This document shows positions 9,952 to 21,094 of a stretch of 64,000 nucleotides of DNA, in pieces. The notes under the pieces are model-generated. The model was not told the DNA's origin. It saw only the letters and a list, made by a program, of their open reading frames with translations, and searched no databases. Position numbers and translations under genes: made by a program. Each line of letters starts with the position of its first letter. The first letter of the stretch is position 1. Origin of the DNA: Candidatus Hydrogenedentota bacterium (GTDB lineage: Bacteria; Hydrogenedentota; Hydrogenedentia; Hydrogenedentales; JAEUWI01); NCBI GenBank assembly GCA_034669905.1, contig JAXMOL010000015.1:1-64000 (forward strand), given 5' to 3'.

Positions 9952-11301
9952 TCACCCATAGCCTCCCGCCGATGAGATCAGCCACTTCCCGTCCACCTGT
10001 TTGAATCCCATTCTGATATAGAGGTCCCGCTCCCCCTCGACGTTGGCTTCTATAATGACCGGGTTGGCATAAATCCACTCGTCCTGTCGGGTGTACTCGG
10101 CACGGCTCCAGTTCACCCGGGCGTGCTTGAAATCGCCCTTGGTGTGATAGGCCTGCAACACGATGCGCAGGGCCCGCCGCCCATTCCCCGCATCGTCCGT
10201 AAAATCGTTGGCAATGGTGGTCATAAACATATCCACATCGCCCCGGACAAAGGACTCGTTCATTACTACGAGCACCGCCTCCGCCTGCTTTTCATCCTCC
10301 ATCGTCGCCGACACCACGATGCCCTCGCCGGCCTCCGGTGCTCCTACCCCCACAAAATTGCGCAGGAAATAGACCGTAGCCACGGCGAACACAACCAGGC
10401 ACAGGGCTGCAAATCGTATCAGAACCTTCTTCACCGGAAAGGGACGACGTGCCGACTGGACCACAATGCCCTGGGGCAACGCCACATCTTTTCCCCGCGC
10501 CAAATCTGCCCGGGCCAAGGTCAAACGACTACGGATCGCGCCGATGGACTCATCCACCTTCTTCCATTCTTTTCGGGTACGTCCGTTGCTCCACCGCCCA
10601 TCGGCGAGGGACGCCAGCGTAGAATGCCCATCGAGGATGCGCTCCAACGCGACGGCTACTTCGTCGCGCCCACCGAACCAGGCCGGGAGCGTGGGGTATT
10701 CACAGGCAATCTTACTCTTGAGTTCCAGCAGCTCTTCTTCCAGCCTGCGCTTGTCGGCCTGGGGATGCACGTAGGCATCCATGAGGGCATGGATCCGCCG
10801 CCAGTCGGCCTGGAGGGCACGGCACAAGACGCTGTGCTTTTCGATGGCCTGTCCGGTCTTACACTCCGCAAACAACTCGACGGGCACTTTGGCCGGTTTT
10901 CCGGGCTTCGTCTTCTGGTGACATTCGAGTAACAACTGCCGGATGTAGCCCAGGGCTTCATCGACGATGCGCCACTCTTCCTCGATAATGCCCCGCCCCG
11001 CTTCCACATCGGAAGAAAGGGATTTCAAGGTGGTACCTTCGGCGAACACATCGCTGATACCCGCCGGTATGCCACAGGCCCCGGAACGCCAGGCCGTCAG
11101 AACAGAATAGTCGCAGGAGATGCGGGACTTGAGCTCCAGGAAGGCCACCTCAAGGGCGCGCCGTCGCTCCGAACTGGCACGGGGATCCCCATAGGCTTGA
11201 ATGAGTTTATAGAAATAGTGCCAATCCTTGTGGAGTGCACGAAACTGACGCTCGAACCCTTCCAATTCTGGAACAGGCACAGCGCGACACTTGCTAGCCA
11301 T
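9952..11301 (-). CDS. membrane protein: duplicated helical domain + TM + NTF2-like domain
   Basis: 449-aa ORF with internal repeat, one TM helix, C-terminal FKQVDGKWLISS (NTF2/SnoaL-like). Confidence 0.8.
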   Translation of the reverse strand: MASKCRAVPVPELEGFERQFRALHKDWHYFYKLIQAYGDPRASSERRRALEVAFLELKSRISCDYSVLTAWRSGACGIPAGISDVFAEGTTLKSLSSDVEAGRGIIEEEWRIVDEALGYIRQLLLECHQKTKPGKPAKVPVELFAECKTGQAIEKHSVLCRALQADWRRIHALMDAYVHPQADKRRLEEELLELKSKIACEYPTLPAWFGGRDEVAVALERILDGHSTLASLADGRWSNGRTRKEWKKVDESIGAIRSRLTLARADLARGKDVALPQGIVVQSARRPFPVKKVLIRFAALCLVVFAVATVYFLRNFVGVGAPEAGEGIVVSATMEDEKQAEAVLVVMNESFVRGDVDMFMTTIANDFTDDAGNGRRALRIVLQAYHTKGDFKHARVNWSRAEYTRQDEWIYANPVIIEANVEGERDLYIRMGFKQVDGKWLISSAGGYG

Positions 11302-11578
11302 GAGGCGACCCTTACGCCTCTCCCCGAGCCCACCTTAACCATAGCGCGCTCGGGCGAAAAATTCAAGTGCAATTCGAGTACGCTAGTATGTGGCGTCGTT
11401 ACTACACTGCGTAAATCTGTACTACCGAAAAGGTGGTCGCAAAACCAAAGACCAACGGGGCACGCATCGACGTGGCGCCCCCCGATTTCCGGCCAAAAAA
11501 TGGGCTGGCCGTTCCAACATTTCCGCCCGAACAGCAGGTACAGGCGTCTGGAAAAAAACTTCTAAGGCTCCCGGATGG

Positions 11579-12298
11579 CTATCGAACGAAACGGGCGACC
11601 AGCTCACGAACGGCACGCTCATAGGCTGTAGCCTTCAGGAGTGCCACTTGACCCTGATCCGAAGCACGCCGATTTATGCGCCCGCTCAAGGCCGTATCGT
11701 CAAAGGTTTCCGGCAAAAACATTTCCCACTGACCACTGGCCACATCCACCACGGCCACTTTCAGCCGGATGCGCATGTATTGGGATTCATCGGGCACAAT
11801 CTTGCCAGCAACTGGAATCCACGACACCGTTTTGGTGGCCAGGTTTTTATTACCTGTTTCCAACACCCCCCAGTAGACGACGATGGTCTCTATCCCCCCT
11901 TTTGCCGCCGCCAATCGCAGCGAATGCGCATAGCTCTCTGTTGAGGACTCATCTTTCTCCGGTATTCCTGAAAAGCCGGAAACAGAGAACGTTTGCGACA
12001 GTCCCGCCAGCATTTCCTGGTCGGGAATCATTGCGCCAGACTGAATGAGTAGAATTCGGTCACCTTTCGAAAGCACCTTTCGTTCGGACGCCTCCGAAAG
12101 CGCGGTCGCTATTTCCCTATCCGAAACCTCCGCGCCTGCCCGGACTCCCAACACATCAAACTCACTCAGTTCACCCGCGTAAAGGGCGTTACCACCATAG
12201 TAACCGCGACTATTGTAGTCCGAATTAGAAATGGATCGCGTCGCACACCCGGACAGCAACAGCAGTGAACTTGCAAGAATGCACCAGATTGACCTCAT
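11579..12298 (-). CDS. hypothetical lipoprotein
   Basis: Lipobox LLSG-C, GGAGG upstream, 239 aa. Confidence 0.8.
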   Translation of the reverse strand: MRSIWCILASSLLLLSGCATRSISNSDYNSRGYYGGNALYAGELSEFDVLGVRAGAEVSDREIATALSEASERKVLSKGDRILLIQSGAMIPDQEMLAGLSQTFSVSGFSGIPEKDESSTESYAHSLRLAAAKGGIETIVVYWGVLETGNKNLATKTVSWIPVAGKIVPDESQYMRIRLKVAVVDVASGQWEMFLPETFDDTALSGRINRRASDQGQVALLKATAYERAVRELVARFVR

Positions 12299-12542
12299 GG
12301 TTCAGGCCCTCCGTTTGTTACGGGGCGGGAGCATCACGAAATGTCCCACGCCCTCCACCTCCCATGAAATTGCAGGCCCCACACATGATTTATACCGCGC
12401 GAATGGGTAGAGTTCCATCAGAAATACCATTTCCGATCCTGTACCCAAGAACTACCTAAGCACTACAGCACCCCTGCGAACTTTCTCCATCTCCGCAAGA
12501 CGGTAAAGCCTGACGCCCCTTCACCCTTCAAACTTCAAACTT

Positions 12543-14546
12543 CTAAATCCCCAGTTCAATCTGCCGCCGTTCCAAGGCGAGCATGCGGTCGCGGAACTCG
12601 GCGGCCTTTTCGAAATCCATTTTGCCCGCCGCCTCCTTCATCGATTTCTCCAGCTTCTTGATGGTCTTGTTGATATCCCCATCGGCCACGTAGAGATCGG
12701 GGTCTTCGGCGGCCAGGGGCTTGAATCCCTTGGCTTCTTTGCGTTCATAGAGGGTGCCCAGCAAATCAGGGATGGATTTACTCACCGACTTCGGCGTGAT
12801 ACCGTGCTTCGTATTGTGGGCCGTCTGTTTCTCCCGGCGGCGATCCATCTCGGCCATGGCCCGCTCCATAGATCCGGTTATTTTATCCGCATAGAGGATG
12901 ACCACACCCTCGGCGTTTCGCGCCGCACGGCCACAGGTCTGGATGAGACTGGTCTCTGACCGAAGGAAACCTTCCTTGTCCGCATCAAGGACCGCCACCA
13001 ACGAGACTTCGGGAATATCGAGCCCTTCGCGCAGGAGGTTGATCCCCACGAGCACGTCATACTCCCCCTGGCGCAGCTCGCGGATCAGCTCAATGCGCTG
13101 CAGGGTATCCACGTCGCTGTGCATATAACGGACCCGCACATTGAGGTCGGAAAAATAGGATGTCAGGTCTTCGGCCATGCGTTTGGTCAGGGTGGTCACC
13201 AGCACCCGCTCGCCGCGCTCCGCGCGAATGCGCACTTCGCCGAGCAAGTCATCCACCTGATCGGTGGCCGGACGCACCTCCACCACAGGATCCACGAGCC
13301 CCGTGGGCCGGACCACCTGCTCAACTATCAGACCTTCCGATTGTTCCAATTCATATTTCGACGGCGTGGCACTTACGTAAATGGTCTGGCCCATGCGGTC
13401 TTCAAATTCATCGAATTTCAGCGGCCGATTGTCCCGCGCACAGGGCAACCGAAACCCATACTCCACCAACTTATCCTTGCGAGAGCGGTCCCCCTTATAC
13501 ATGGCGCCCACCTGGGGCACGGAGATATGGCTCTCGTCGATAATCAGGAGGTAATCATCGGGGAAATAGTTCATCAGCGTATAGGGCGGCTCGCCGGGGG
13601 GACGTCCCTCCAGGTGACGCGAATAATTTTCGATGCCCGAGCAGAAACCGATTTCCTTGAGCATTTCCAGGTCATAGCGGGTGCGCTGTTCCAGCCGTTG
13701 GGCGTAGAGAATGTCGCCAGCATTGTTGAGCTCAATCAAGCGCTCTTCCAACTCGTCCTTAATACCCTCAATGGCCTTTTCCAGGCGGTTCCGCGTCGTG
13801 GCATAGTGGGTCTTCGGATAAATGGCGGTGCGCCGCAGCTTGCGCAGCACCGTGCCGCGCAAGGGGTCAATCTCCACGAGCGAATCGATCTCGTCCCCGA
13901 AAAACTCCACACGCACCGCGCGCTCGGCTTCGTAAGAGGGAAAGATATCCACGATATCGCCACGGACCCGAAAGGTGCCGCGATAAAAGTCTACATCGTT
14001 GCGGGAATACTGCATCTCTACCAGCCCGGAGACCAGTTCATCCCGGTCCAGGGTTGCGCCCGGCGCCAACTCGATGCGCATGGCGCCGTAGACTTCGGGC
14101 GAGCCGATGCCGTAGATACACGACACGCTCGCCACAATGATGCAGTCCCGCCGGGTCAACAGGGAACGGGTAGCCGCATGGCGCATCTTGTCAATTTCAT
14201 CATTGATGGACGCGTCTTTTTCAATGAAGGTGTCACTCGCCGGCACATAGGCTTCGGGTTGGTAGTAATCGTAATAGCTGACGAAGTACTCCACCGCATT
14301 GTTCGGGAAGAGGGCCTTGAATTCCCCGTAGAGCTGGGCCGCGAGGATCTTGTTGTGGGCCAACACCAGGGCGGGACGCTGGGTGCGCTCGATAACATTG
14401 GCCACGGTGAAGGTCTTACCCGAACCCGTCACCCCCAGGAGCACCTGATTCATCAGACCCTCCTCGACTCCTTCTACCAGGGCATCGATGGCAGCCGGTT
14501 GATCGCCGGCAGGGTCGAATTCCGATACGAGTTCAAAACGCTCCAT
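12543..14546 (-). CDS. uvrB: excinuclease ABC subunit B
   Basis: [32 protein letters not shown]-terminal UVR coil. Confidence 0.99.
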   Translation of the reverse strand: MERFELVSEFDPAGDQPAAIDALVEGVEEGLMNQVLLGVTGSGKTFTVANVIERTQRPALVLAHNKILAAQLYGEFKALFPNNAVEYFVSYYDYYQPEAYVPASDTFIEKDASINDEIDKMRHAATRSLLTRRDCIIVASVSCIYGIGSPEVYGAMRIELAPGATLDRDELVSGLVEMQYSRNDVDFYRGTFRVRGDIVDIFPSYEAERAVRVEFFGDEIDSLVEIDPLRGTVLRKLRRTAIYPKTHYATTRNRLEKAIEGIKDELEERLIELNNAGDILYAQRLEQRTRYDLEMLKEIGFCSGIENYSRHLEGRPPGEPPYTLMNYFPDDYLLIIDESHISVPQVGAMYKGDRSRKDKLVEYGFRLPCARDNRPLKFDEFEDRMGQTIYVSATPSKYELEQSEGLIVEQVVRPTGLVDPVVEVRPATDQVDDLLGEVRIRAERGERVLVTTLTKRMAEDLTSYFSDLNVRVRYMHSDVDTLQRIELIRELRQGEYDVLVGINLLREGLDIPEVSLVAVLDADKEGFLRSETSLIQTCGRAARNAEGVVILYADKITGSMERAMAEMDRRREKQTAHNTKHGITPKSVSKSIPDLLGTLYERKEAKGFKPLAAEDPDLYVADGDINKTIKKLEKSMKEAAGKMDFEKAAEFRDRMLALERRQIELGI

Positions 14547-14552
14547 CGCCGC

Positions 14553-16598
14553 CTACCCGGCGACCGCCAGGGACTCGGCCTGGCGTTTGGGTTCCTTGGC
14601 CCGCTCAACCGACACGACCCCGGTGACCGACTGGAGCGTGCGGATGATTCGGTTCACCGCGCCCTGACTCGACGTTTCCACCGAAAAATCGAATACGCCT
14701 GCCCCGCGCTCGTCGGTCCGGTATGCTGCCCGGTGAATATCAATATTGATAGGTCGCAAGGCATTCGTCAGATCGGCCAGCACGTTGGGGCGGTGTCCGA
14801 TGTGGACGTGGAGGGTCGTCTCAAACATCCCCTCCCCTTCCCAGGTGGCCTCCACGACGCGGTCGGCATCGCGGGCGGATTTCGCAAAGCTCTTGCAATC
14901 GGCCCGGTGCACACTGATACCTGTCTTCTTCGTGATGTAGCCGATGAGGGCATGGCCCGGCATGGGGTTGCAGCACTTGGCGAACTGCACCTCCAGGCCC
15001 TTGTCCCCTTCAATACGAATGAGATTACGCCGCGTGGCGTCGTCCACCACCGGAATAGGGCGCGCCGGTACCGGACGCCGTTGTTTGGGACGGGCGACCA
15101 CTTCCTCCTGGTGAGGCTGAATCGCGGGATCGTCTACCGCCGCCAACTCGCCGAGTTCACGAAGGCGTTGCCGGATTCGGGTGCGTGCCCGGCCCGTCAC
15201 GACGATGTCGACCCAATCGAGGTGGGGCGTCTGATTTTTCGAGGTTAACACTTCTACCACGTCACCCGTTTGTAAATGATAGCGCAAGGGCACCATCCGG
15301 CCATTCACCCGGGCACCGATGCAGTGGTGCCCCACATCAGAGTGGACCAGATAGGCAAAGTCCAACGGAGTCGCTCCCGGCGGCAGTTCCTTCACCTCGC
15401 CTTTCGGAGAAAACACGTAGGTGTGGGACATACCGAAATCCCGGCGCATACTGTCCATCAACTCCTCAGGCGCATGCGCATCCTTGAGCCATCCATACAT
15501 CTGGCGAAGCCAGTCGAGGTGGGAATTCAGCTTCTTGTCGCTGTTTTCCGCGCCTTCCTTATAGTGCCAGTGGGCTGCGATACCTTCCCGCGCCGTCCTG
15601 TCCATCTCCTCCGAGCGAATCTGAATCTCCAACGGCCGGGCGTTGTCGCCCATCACCGTGGTGTGGATGGCCTGGTACATATTGAGCTTGGGCATGGCAA
15701 TATAGTCTTTAAGCCGCCCCGGGATAGGCGTCCACAGGCTGTGCACCACACCGAGCGCGTTGTAACACCCCGCCTCGGTCTGGGTGATGATACGCACCGC
15801 CTGGATATCCATCACCTCATGGAAGTCTTTGCCCTGCTGGACCATCTTCTGATAGATGCTGTAGAGATGTTTGGGACGGCCAATGACGTGGGCCGTCACT
15901 TCGGCCTCGGCCAGCCGCTTCTCCAGAAACTGGATCACCTCGGTCAGCTGCGACTCCCGGGTACGCCGTTTCATGGCCACCTGGCGCGCAATAGCCCGGT
16001 AATCGTCGGGCATGAGATGGTGAAAGGCGTGATCTTCCAACTCCCACTTCCACTGCGATATCCCCAGCCGGTGGGCCATGGGCGCATAAATGTCCAGGGT
16101 CTCCCGGGCTATGCGCTCCCGCTTGTCTTTGCGCAGGTGCTCCAGGGTGCGGATATTGTGGAGGCGGTCGGCCAGCTTGATGAGAATGACCCGTACATCC
16201 TTGGCGGTGGCCACCAGCATCTTGCGGATGTTCTGGGCCTGCTTGATTTCCTGGGTGATCATGTGGTCTGGGAAACTCAGGCTGCTGATCTTCGTCACCC
16301 CATCGACCAGACGGGTCACTTCCTCCCCGAACTGATCGCGGAGCTCTTTTTTCGTGACCGGGGTATCCTCCAGCACATCGTGGAGCAAGCCCGCCGCACA
16401 GGTAATGGGATCCAGTCCGACGGATGCAAGATTCTGCGCCACGCTCAAACTGTGAAGGATATAGGGCTCACCGGAAAGTCGGGTCTGCCCGTGGTGGGCA
16501 TCGTCGGCGACACGGTAGGCCCTGCGCACCACCTCCAACTCGGCGTCGGGAAAGGTGCGCCGCAACTGCTTTTTGAGCTTAACAAATTGGCTACGCAT
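14553..16598 (-). CDS. rel: bifunctional (p)ppGpp synthetase/hydrolase (RelA/SpoT family)
   Basis: HD motif LHDVLEDT, GRPKHLYSIY, TGS (GATPLDFAY), KCCNP, ACT-like C-terminus. Confidence 0.97.
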   Translation of the reverse strand: MRSQFVKLKKQLRRTFPDAELEVVRRAYRVADDAHHGQTRLSGEPYILHSLSVAQNLASVGLDPITCAAGLLHDVLEDTPVTKKELRDQFGEEVTRLVDGVTKISSLSFPDHMITQEIKQAQNIRKMLVATAKDVRVILIKLADRLHNIRTLEHLRKDKRERIARETLDIYAPMAHRLGISQWKWELEDHAFHHLMPDDYRAIARQVAMKRRTRESQLTEVIQFLEKRLAEAEVTAHVIGRPKHLYSIYQKMVQQGKDFHEVMDIQAVRIITQTEAGCYNALGVVHSLWTPIPGRLKDYIAMPKLNMYQAIHTTVMGDNARPLEIQIRSEEMDRTAREGIAAHWHYKEGAENSDKKLNSHLDWLRQMYGWLKDAHAPEELMDSMRRDFGMSHTYVFSPKGEVKELPPGATPLDFAYLVHSDVGHHCIGARVNGRMVPLRYHLQTGDVVEVLTSKNQTPHLDWVDIVVTGRARTRIRQRLRELGELAAVDDPAIQPHQEEVVARPKQRRPVPARPIPVVDDATRRNLIRIEGDKGLEVQFAKCCNPMPGHALIGYITKKTGISVHRADCKSFAKSARDADRVVEATWEGEGMFETTLHVHIGHRPNVLADLTNALRPINIDIHRAAYRTDERGAGVFDFSVETSSQGAVNRIIRTLQSVTGVVSVERAKEPKRQAESLAVAG

Positions 16599-16644
16599 AT
16601 CGGTCTCGTACCTCTGACCTGGTCATTTGGGGCGACGCCGCCCG

Positions 16645-16701
16645 AATGGGAGGTAATCTCGGACCACCAAGGCGACGGGACTATTACCTCCCATTGTACC
16701 A
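16645..16701. promoter_or_regulatory. 13-bp inverted repeat overlapping an extended -10 element upstream of rel
   Basis: AATGGGAGGTAAT (16645-16657) / ATTACCTCCCATT (16683-16695); TGGTACAAT on the minus strand at 16701-16693. Confidence 0.5.
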
Positions 16702-16799
16702 TCGCCCTCCCGTAGAAGCCATGAGCCCCTATACATTGGAGCTGCTCTCCACTACAATGGAGGGGTGGATTGACGGAACCCTGCAAGGAGCATTTCATC

Positions 16800-17792
16800 A
16801 TGACCAAACTCGACCGCCGCACTTTCCTGGGCGCCTCGGCCGCCAGTCTCGCGCTGGCTGCCCACCCCGCCTGGGCCGAACGCCGCAATGACATGCCCTA
16901 CCGTACGCTCGGGAAAACCGGCGAGAAGGTATCTCTGCTCTGTGTCGGTGGATACCACATCGGCATCAATGCCCTTTCGGACGAGGAATCCATTCGCCTT
17001 ATCCGGACCGCCCTGGACGAGGGCGTGAATTTCCTGGACAATGCCTGGGCCTATCACGATGGCCGAAGCGAAATCCGCATGGGCAAGGCCCTGAGAGATG
17101 GCTATCGCGAAAAGGCCTTCCTCATGACCAAGGGGCAGGCCCGGGATGCCAAGGGGGCCGAGCGTTATCTCGAGGACAGCCTGAAACGACTCCAGGTCGA
17201 CACCATCGACCTCTGGCAGATTCACGAAATCGTCCGCCCTGAGAGTCCGGAGAAGATTTACACCGAGGGGGTGCTCGAATACCTGGAAAAGGCCCGGACA
17301 GCCGGAAAAATACGCTATATCGGCTTCACCGGACACCACCTGACGACCACCCACCTCGAAATGATCGAACGAGGTTTCAACTGGGACACCATTCAGATGC
17401 CCCTGAGTATCATGGACTATCATTACCGAAGCTTCCAGCAACGGGTCCTGGGCAAGGCCGTGGCGCAGGACATGGGGGTCCTCGCCATGAAAAGCCTGGC
17501 TGGCGGCCCCGGTCGGATCCCGGCCTCCGGAGCGGCCACCGTCGCCGAATGCCTGCGATATTCCATGTCACTTCCCGTTTCGACGGTGGTATCGGGCATG
17601 GAAAACCTGAAGGAACTGCGGGAGAATATTGCCACCACACGGGCCTTTAAACCCATGACAGAACAGGAACTTACGGCGTTGAGGGCGCGCACGGAGTCGG
17701 TGGGAAAAGACGGCAATCTGGAAGATTACAAGACCGCCTGGCACCTCGATATTCAGGAAAAAATGAAGGCCGAGGGGCTGGTCCCCGGGTAG
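16800..17792 (+). CDS. aldo/keto reductase with Tat signal
   Basis: LDRRTFLG, YRTLGKTG, FLDNAWAY, IRYIGFTGH. Confidence 0.92.
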   Translation: MTKLDRRTFLGASAASLALAAHPAWAERRNDMPYRTLGKTGEKVSLLCVGGYHIGINALSDEESIRLIRTALDEGVNFLDNAWAYHDGRSEIRMGKALRDGYREKAFLMTKGQARDAKGAERYLEDSLKRLQVDTIDLWQIHEIVRPESPEKIYTEGVLEYLEKARTAGKIRYIGFTGHHLTTTHLEMIERGFNWDTIQMPLSIMDYHYRSFQQRVLGKAVAQDMGVLAMKSLAGGPGRIPASGAATVAECLRYSMSLPVSTVVSGMENLKELRENIATTRAFKPMTEQELTALRARTESVGKDGNLEDYKTAWHLDIQEKMKAEGLVPG

Positions 17793-18139
17793 GGAAAGGC
17801 CCTCCCACCCCCCGTTTCGGCAGCCCTGCCGGGAAGCACCGGTGCACCCACGCCCTGGGCCGCCCCAGAAAAGGATAGATTTTCCACCTCCGTTCTGCTA
17901 TACTCCACGGTTATTGCAGGGATCCCGAAGTACGTTCGGTCATCGAATCGCATTCGATTCCCTCCCATTGAGGTCACTCCGTCCATACGCCCCCCTTAGA
18001 TCGGGGTGATATGTAACGAAACCTCCCCCTGCATGGTATTGTTTGCGGACCCTGATCGATGGGTCTGGTCTGGTCCTCAGGCCACGGCAGTAAATTACTT
18101 GGAATTCATAGACCGCGACGTGTGCGTGAAAGGAATCGT

Positions 18140-19339
18140 ATGGACAAGCGTTCGATATTAATCACCGGAGGCACCGGCATTCTTGGAAGCTGGGTGCTGG
18201 CTAAGGCCTTAGAACGAGGCTTCGCGCCGGTGGTATTGATGCGCGATGCGACCATCGATCACGCCCGTGAGCGCCTGCGGGCCGTGTTGGCCCTGCCTGG
18301 CTGTGAAGACCGGCTCGATGAAATTGAAATCGTACTGGGCGACACCTGCCAGCACGATCTCGGGGTCGACGCCGAAAAACACCAGTCCTTCCGCGACAAT
18401 CTGGCGCTGGTCATCCACTGTGCCGCCAGCATCAGCTTTAATCCCAAAAAGGATTTTGAGCTCCAGTCCGCCAACGTGGACGGACTCCGCCACATGATGG
18501 CCCTCCTGGAAGGCACGGACATCCCCCTTTACCACGTGAGCACCGCCTACGTCGCCGGTTCGCACAGTGGTCGGGTGATGGAGAGCGAACTACTCGACAC
18601 CACCTGCAAAAACACCTATGAGCGCACGAAGCGGGAAGCGGAACACCTTTTCCGTGATGCCATTGCTTCCGGACAGATCAAGGGCGCCGTGTTCCGGCCC
18701 TCTATCATCGTCGGTGCCTCGAAAGACGGCCTTATCAGCCAGTTCCACAATTTCTACAGCATCCTTCGTATGGTCGATGTTATCGAACGCGGCCAGTTGC
18801 CGGCGGGCGAAAGCCTTCGCCTTCAGGGCAATCCCGAATCCAGCCTCAACCTCGCGCCCGTCGATTGGGTCGCCGAGGCACTCTGGACCATCGTGGACCG
18901 CGAAGGGGCATCCGGCAAGACCTATCACCTCACCAATCCCGAGCCTTGCAAACAGGCTGAATTGAATGCCTGGGCAACCCGCGCACTCAAAAAGGTGGGT
19001 AGCCAGATGGGCTTCCAGTCCCGCCTGGATGGCGAAGTGACCCGCGCCGAGGAAGTGGCCAACGCGTCGCTGTCCCTCTACCGCTCCTATTTGCAGGATG
19101 AGCCCATTTTTGACCGCAGCAACACGGACAACGCCCTGGGCACGGATCTCCCCTGCCCCAAGCTCGACGCCGACTTCTTCGACATGCTGCTGGCCTATGC
19201 CCGCAAGAAGGAATGGGTCGGTGCCTTCGGCTGCAAACTTCGTGGTCTCCTCCTTGATGAGGACCCCCGCGGCTCCCAGATTACGGTGGATCGCCTCCGT
19301 CGCGATCTGGCCGAAGACCTGGCCACGACCGCTTCCTGA
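18140..19339 (+). CDS. extended SDR / thioester-reductase-like (NAD_binding_4) protein
   Basis: TGGTGILG, HCAA, HVSTAYV, YERTK, FRPSII; start set at MDKRS. Confidence 0.88.
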   Translation: MDKRSILITGGTGILGSWVLAKALERGFAPVVLMRDATIDHARERLRAVLALPGCEDRLDEIEIVLGDTCQHDLGVDAEKHQSFRDNLALVIHCAASISFNPKKDFELQSANVDGLRHMMALLEGTDIPLYHVSTAYVAGSHSGRVMESELLDTTCKNTYERTKREAEHLFRDAIASGQIKGAVFRPSIIVGASKDGLISQFHNFYSILRMVDVIERGQLPAGESLRLQGNPESSLNLAPVDWVAEALWTIVDREGASGKTYHLTNPEPCKQAELNAWATRALKKVGSQMGFQSRLDGEVTRAEEVANASLSLYRSYLQDEPIFDRSNTDNALGTDLPCPKLDADFFDMLLAYARKKEWVGAFGCKLRGLLLDEDPRGSQITVDRLRRDLAEDLATTAS

Positions 19340-19388
19340 CGGAAGCCGTCCTTCTCGGCACTTTCTCAAAAAAAATCTCGCAAGTTGG

Positions 19389-19418
19389 TTGACTTGGGGT
19401 CAATTAAGTTGCTATACT
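19389..19418 (+). promoter_or_regulatory. sigma70-type promoter for tRNA-Glu
   Basis: TTGACT-18 nt-TATACT. Confidence 0.55.
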
Positions 19419-19483
19419 TTGGCTCCTTTCGCAGTGAGGTTCTTCTCACGAAGGCCGCGAAGGAAACAACGCCACTTCAATGC

Positions 19484-19561
<78 letters not shown>

Positions 19562-19577
19562 TTTTTGAATAAAGCGG

Positions 19578-19615
19578 AAGCGCCCGGTACACCTCGTACC
19601 GGGCGCTTTTGTTTT
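19578..19615. terminator. intrinsic terminator between tRNA-Glu and the convergent sulfatase gene
   Basis: AAGCGCCCGGTAC/GTACCGGGCGCTT + TTGTTTT. Confidence 0.8.
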
Positions 19616-19663
19616 GGGTATCGCGGGTGGGCCATCGCCACGACGGGCGCCACCTTCTTGGAC

Positions 19664-21025
19664 CTATTCGCTCCCGGGAAGACTGCCGGCCCACTTCTCG
19701 TGCAATCCTGTTAGCTCCGCAAGAATCTCCGGTTCACTGTCGACCCTGTTCTTTTGCTCGCCCGGATCTTCCGCCAGATTCACCAGCATGCGCGGCGGCA
19801 GGGTGGCACCTTTGGGAAGGGAAGGGTCCCGTGGATTGCCAATCAACTTCCAATCCCCTTTCCGTATGGCCCACTGCGGGTTCTTTCCGCTACCAGTAGA
19901 CCAATGGAGTACGTCGTGGGGCGTGGGCGCGTCGGCCGAATCCAATACAGGCACAAGGCTCTTTCCGTCAATGGGGTCGTCGGGCAGCTTCACCCCGCAC
20001 AATTCGGCGATGGTGGGAAACCAGTCGCTCCCGTGGGCCAGCTGATGGCGGACACCGCCTGCTTCAAGATGGCCCGGCCAGCTGATGATAGCGGGCACGC
20101 GCAATCCCCCCTCAAACATGCTGAACTTTGCCCCCCGATAGGGACCGGCACTACCGCCCCCGAAATGGGCGCGCTCTTCCATGGAGTGGCCATGGTCCGA
20201 TTGAAATACGATGATAGTGTTTTCGCGCAGGCCCAGGGCTTCCACGCGGTCCACCAGGGCGTTGATACGGGCATCAAGACTACTGAGGAAGGCCGCATAG
20301 AGATCCCGGGGATAGGGCACGCCCGCGTCCTGATAGTGCTTCAGCCACGCGGCCTCGCCCTGGTAAGGGTAGTGGGGAGAATTCATGGCAAAGTAAATGA
20401 AGAAAGGCTCCTCCTGATGGGCTTCCATGAATTGCCCCGCCTCGTCCACCATCAGATCCGGGAAATAGGAACCATCATGGTAAACTTCTTCGCCGTTGCG
20501 GTGCAGATCATGCTTGTTGGGCCCTGCCCAATAGAAGAAGTGGGAGTAGTTGTCGATACACCCTCCCATGTGCCCAAAGGAGTAATCAAAGCCCTGCCCA
20601 TTGGGCATGGTCTCGGGCGTATAGCCCAGGTGCCATTTTCCGATATGGGCCGTCGCATAGCCTGCCGCACCCAGCATCTCCGCCATGGTCACCTGCTCTG
20701 TCGGCATACCGCTGTTGCCCTTTTGGGAGGACACATTCCCCGGCACCCCCGCGTTGGGCGGATACTTGCCGGTGAGCAGACCCGCGCGGGAAGGAGAACA
20801 AACGGGCGCGGGCGCGTAGAATTGGGTAAAGCGAATGCCGCTCGCCGCCAGCCGATCCATCCCCGGCGTCTTCAGGTCCGCGGCACCATAGGCCCCCATA
20901 TCGACCGTACCCTGATCATCGGTATAGATCACAATGACATTGGGTGGGGTTGCGGCATCTACCGAACCAACGAGCGACAGGGCCAGCAACAGAAGACCCA
21001 GCAAGGGCAACGTACACACTCTCAT
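19664..21025 (-). CDS. sulfatase (formylglycine-dependent, S1 family)
   Basis: Signal peptide, YTDDQG, CSPSRAGLLTG, GKWHLG, SDHG. Confidence 0.95.
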   Translation of the reverse strand: MRVCTLPLLGLLLLALSLVGSVDAATPPNVIVIYTDDQGTVDMGAYGAADLKTPGMDRLAASGIRFTQFYAPAPVCSPSRAGLLTGKYPPNAGVPGNVSSQKGNSGMPTEQVTMAEMLGAAGYATAHIGKWHLGYTPETMPNGQGFDYSFGHMGGCIDNYSHFFYWAGPNKHDLHRNGEEVYHDGSYFPDLMVDEAGQFMEAHQEEPFFIYFAMNSPHYPYQGEAAWLKHYQDAGVPYPRDLYAAFLSSLDARINALVDRVEALGLRENTIIVFQSDHGHSMEERAHFGGGSAGPYRGAKFSMFEGGLRVPAIISWPGHLEAGGVRHQLAHGSDWFPTIAELCGVKLPDDPIDGKSLVPVLDSADAPTPHDVLHWSTGSGKNPQWAIRKGDWKLIGNPRDPSLPKGATLPPRMLVNLAEDPGEQKNRVDSEPEILAELTGLHEKWAGSLPGSE

Positions 21026-21094
21026 GGAAACTCTCTTTCGTGGATGTGGTGTGCTCTCCCCAACCCTGTCGCAGCACACCCTGGATAACCAGTC

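Noticed and set aside
12526..12545. CTTCAAA heptamer repeat at the uvrB 3' end
   Set aside because: Only about 2.5 copies; too short to interpret
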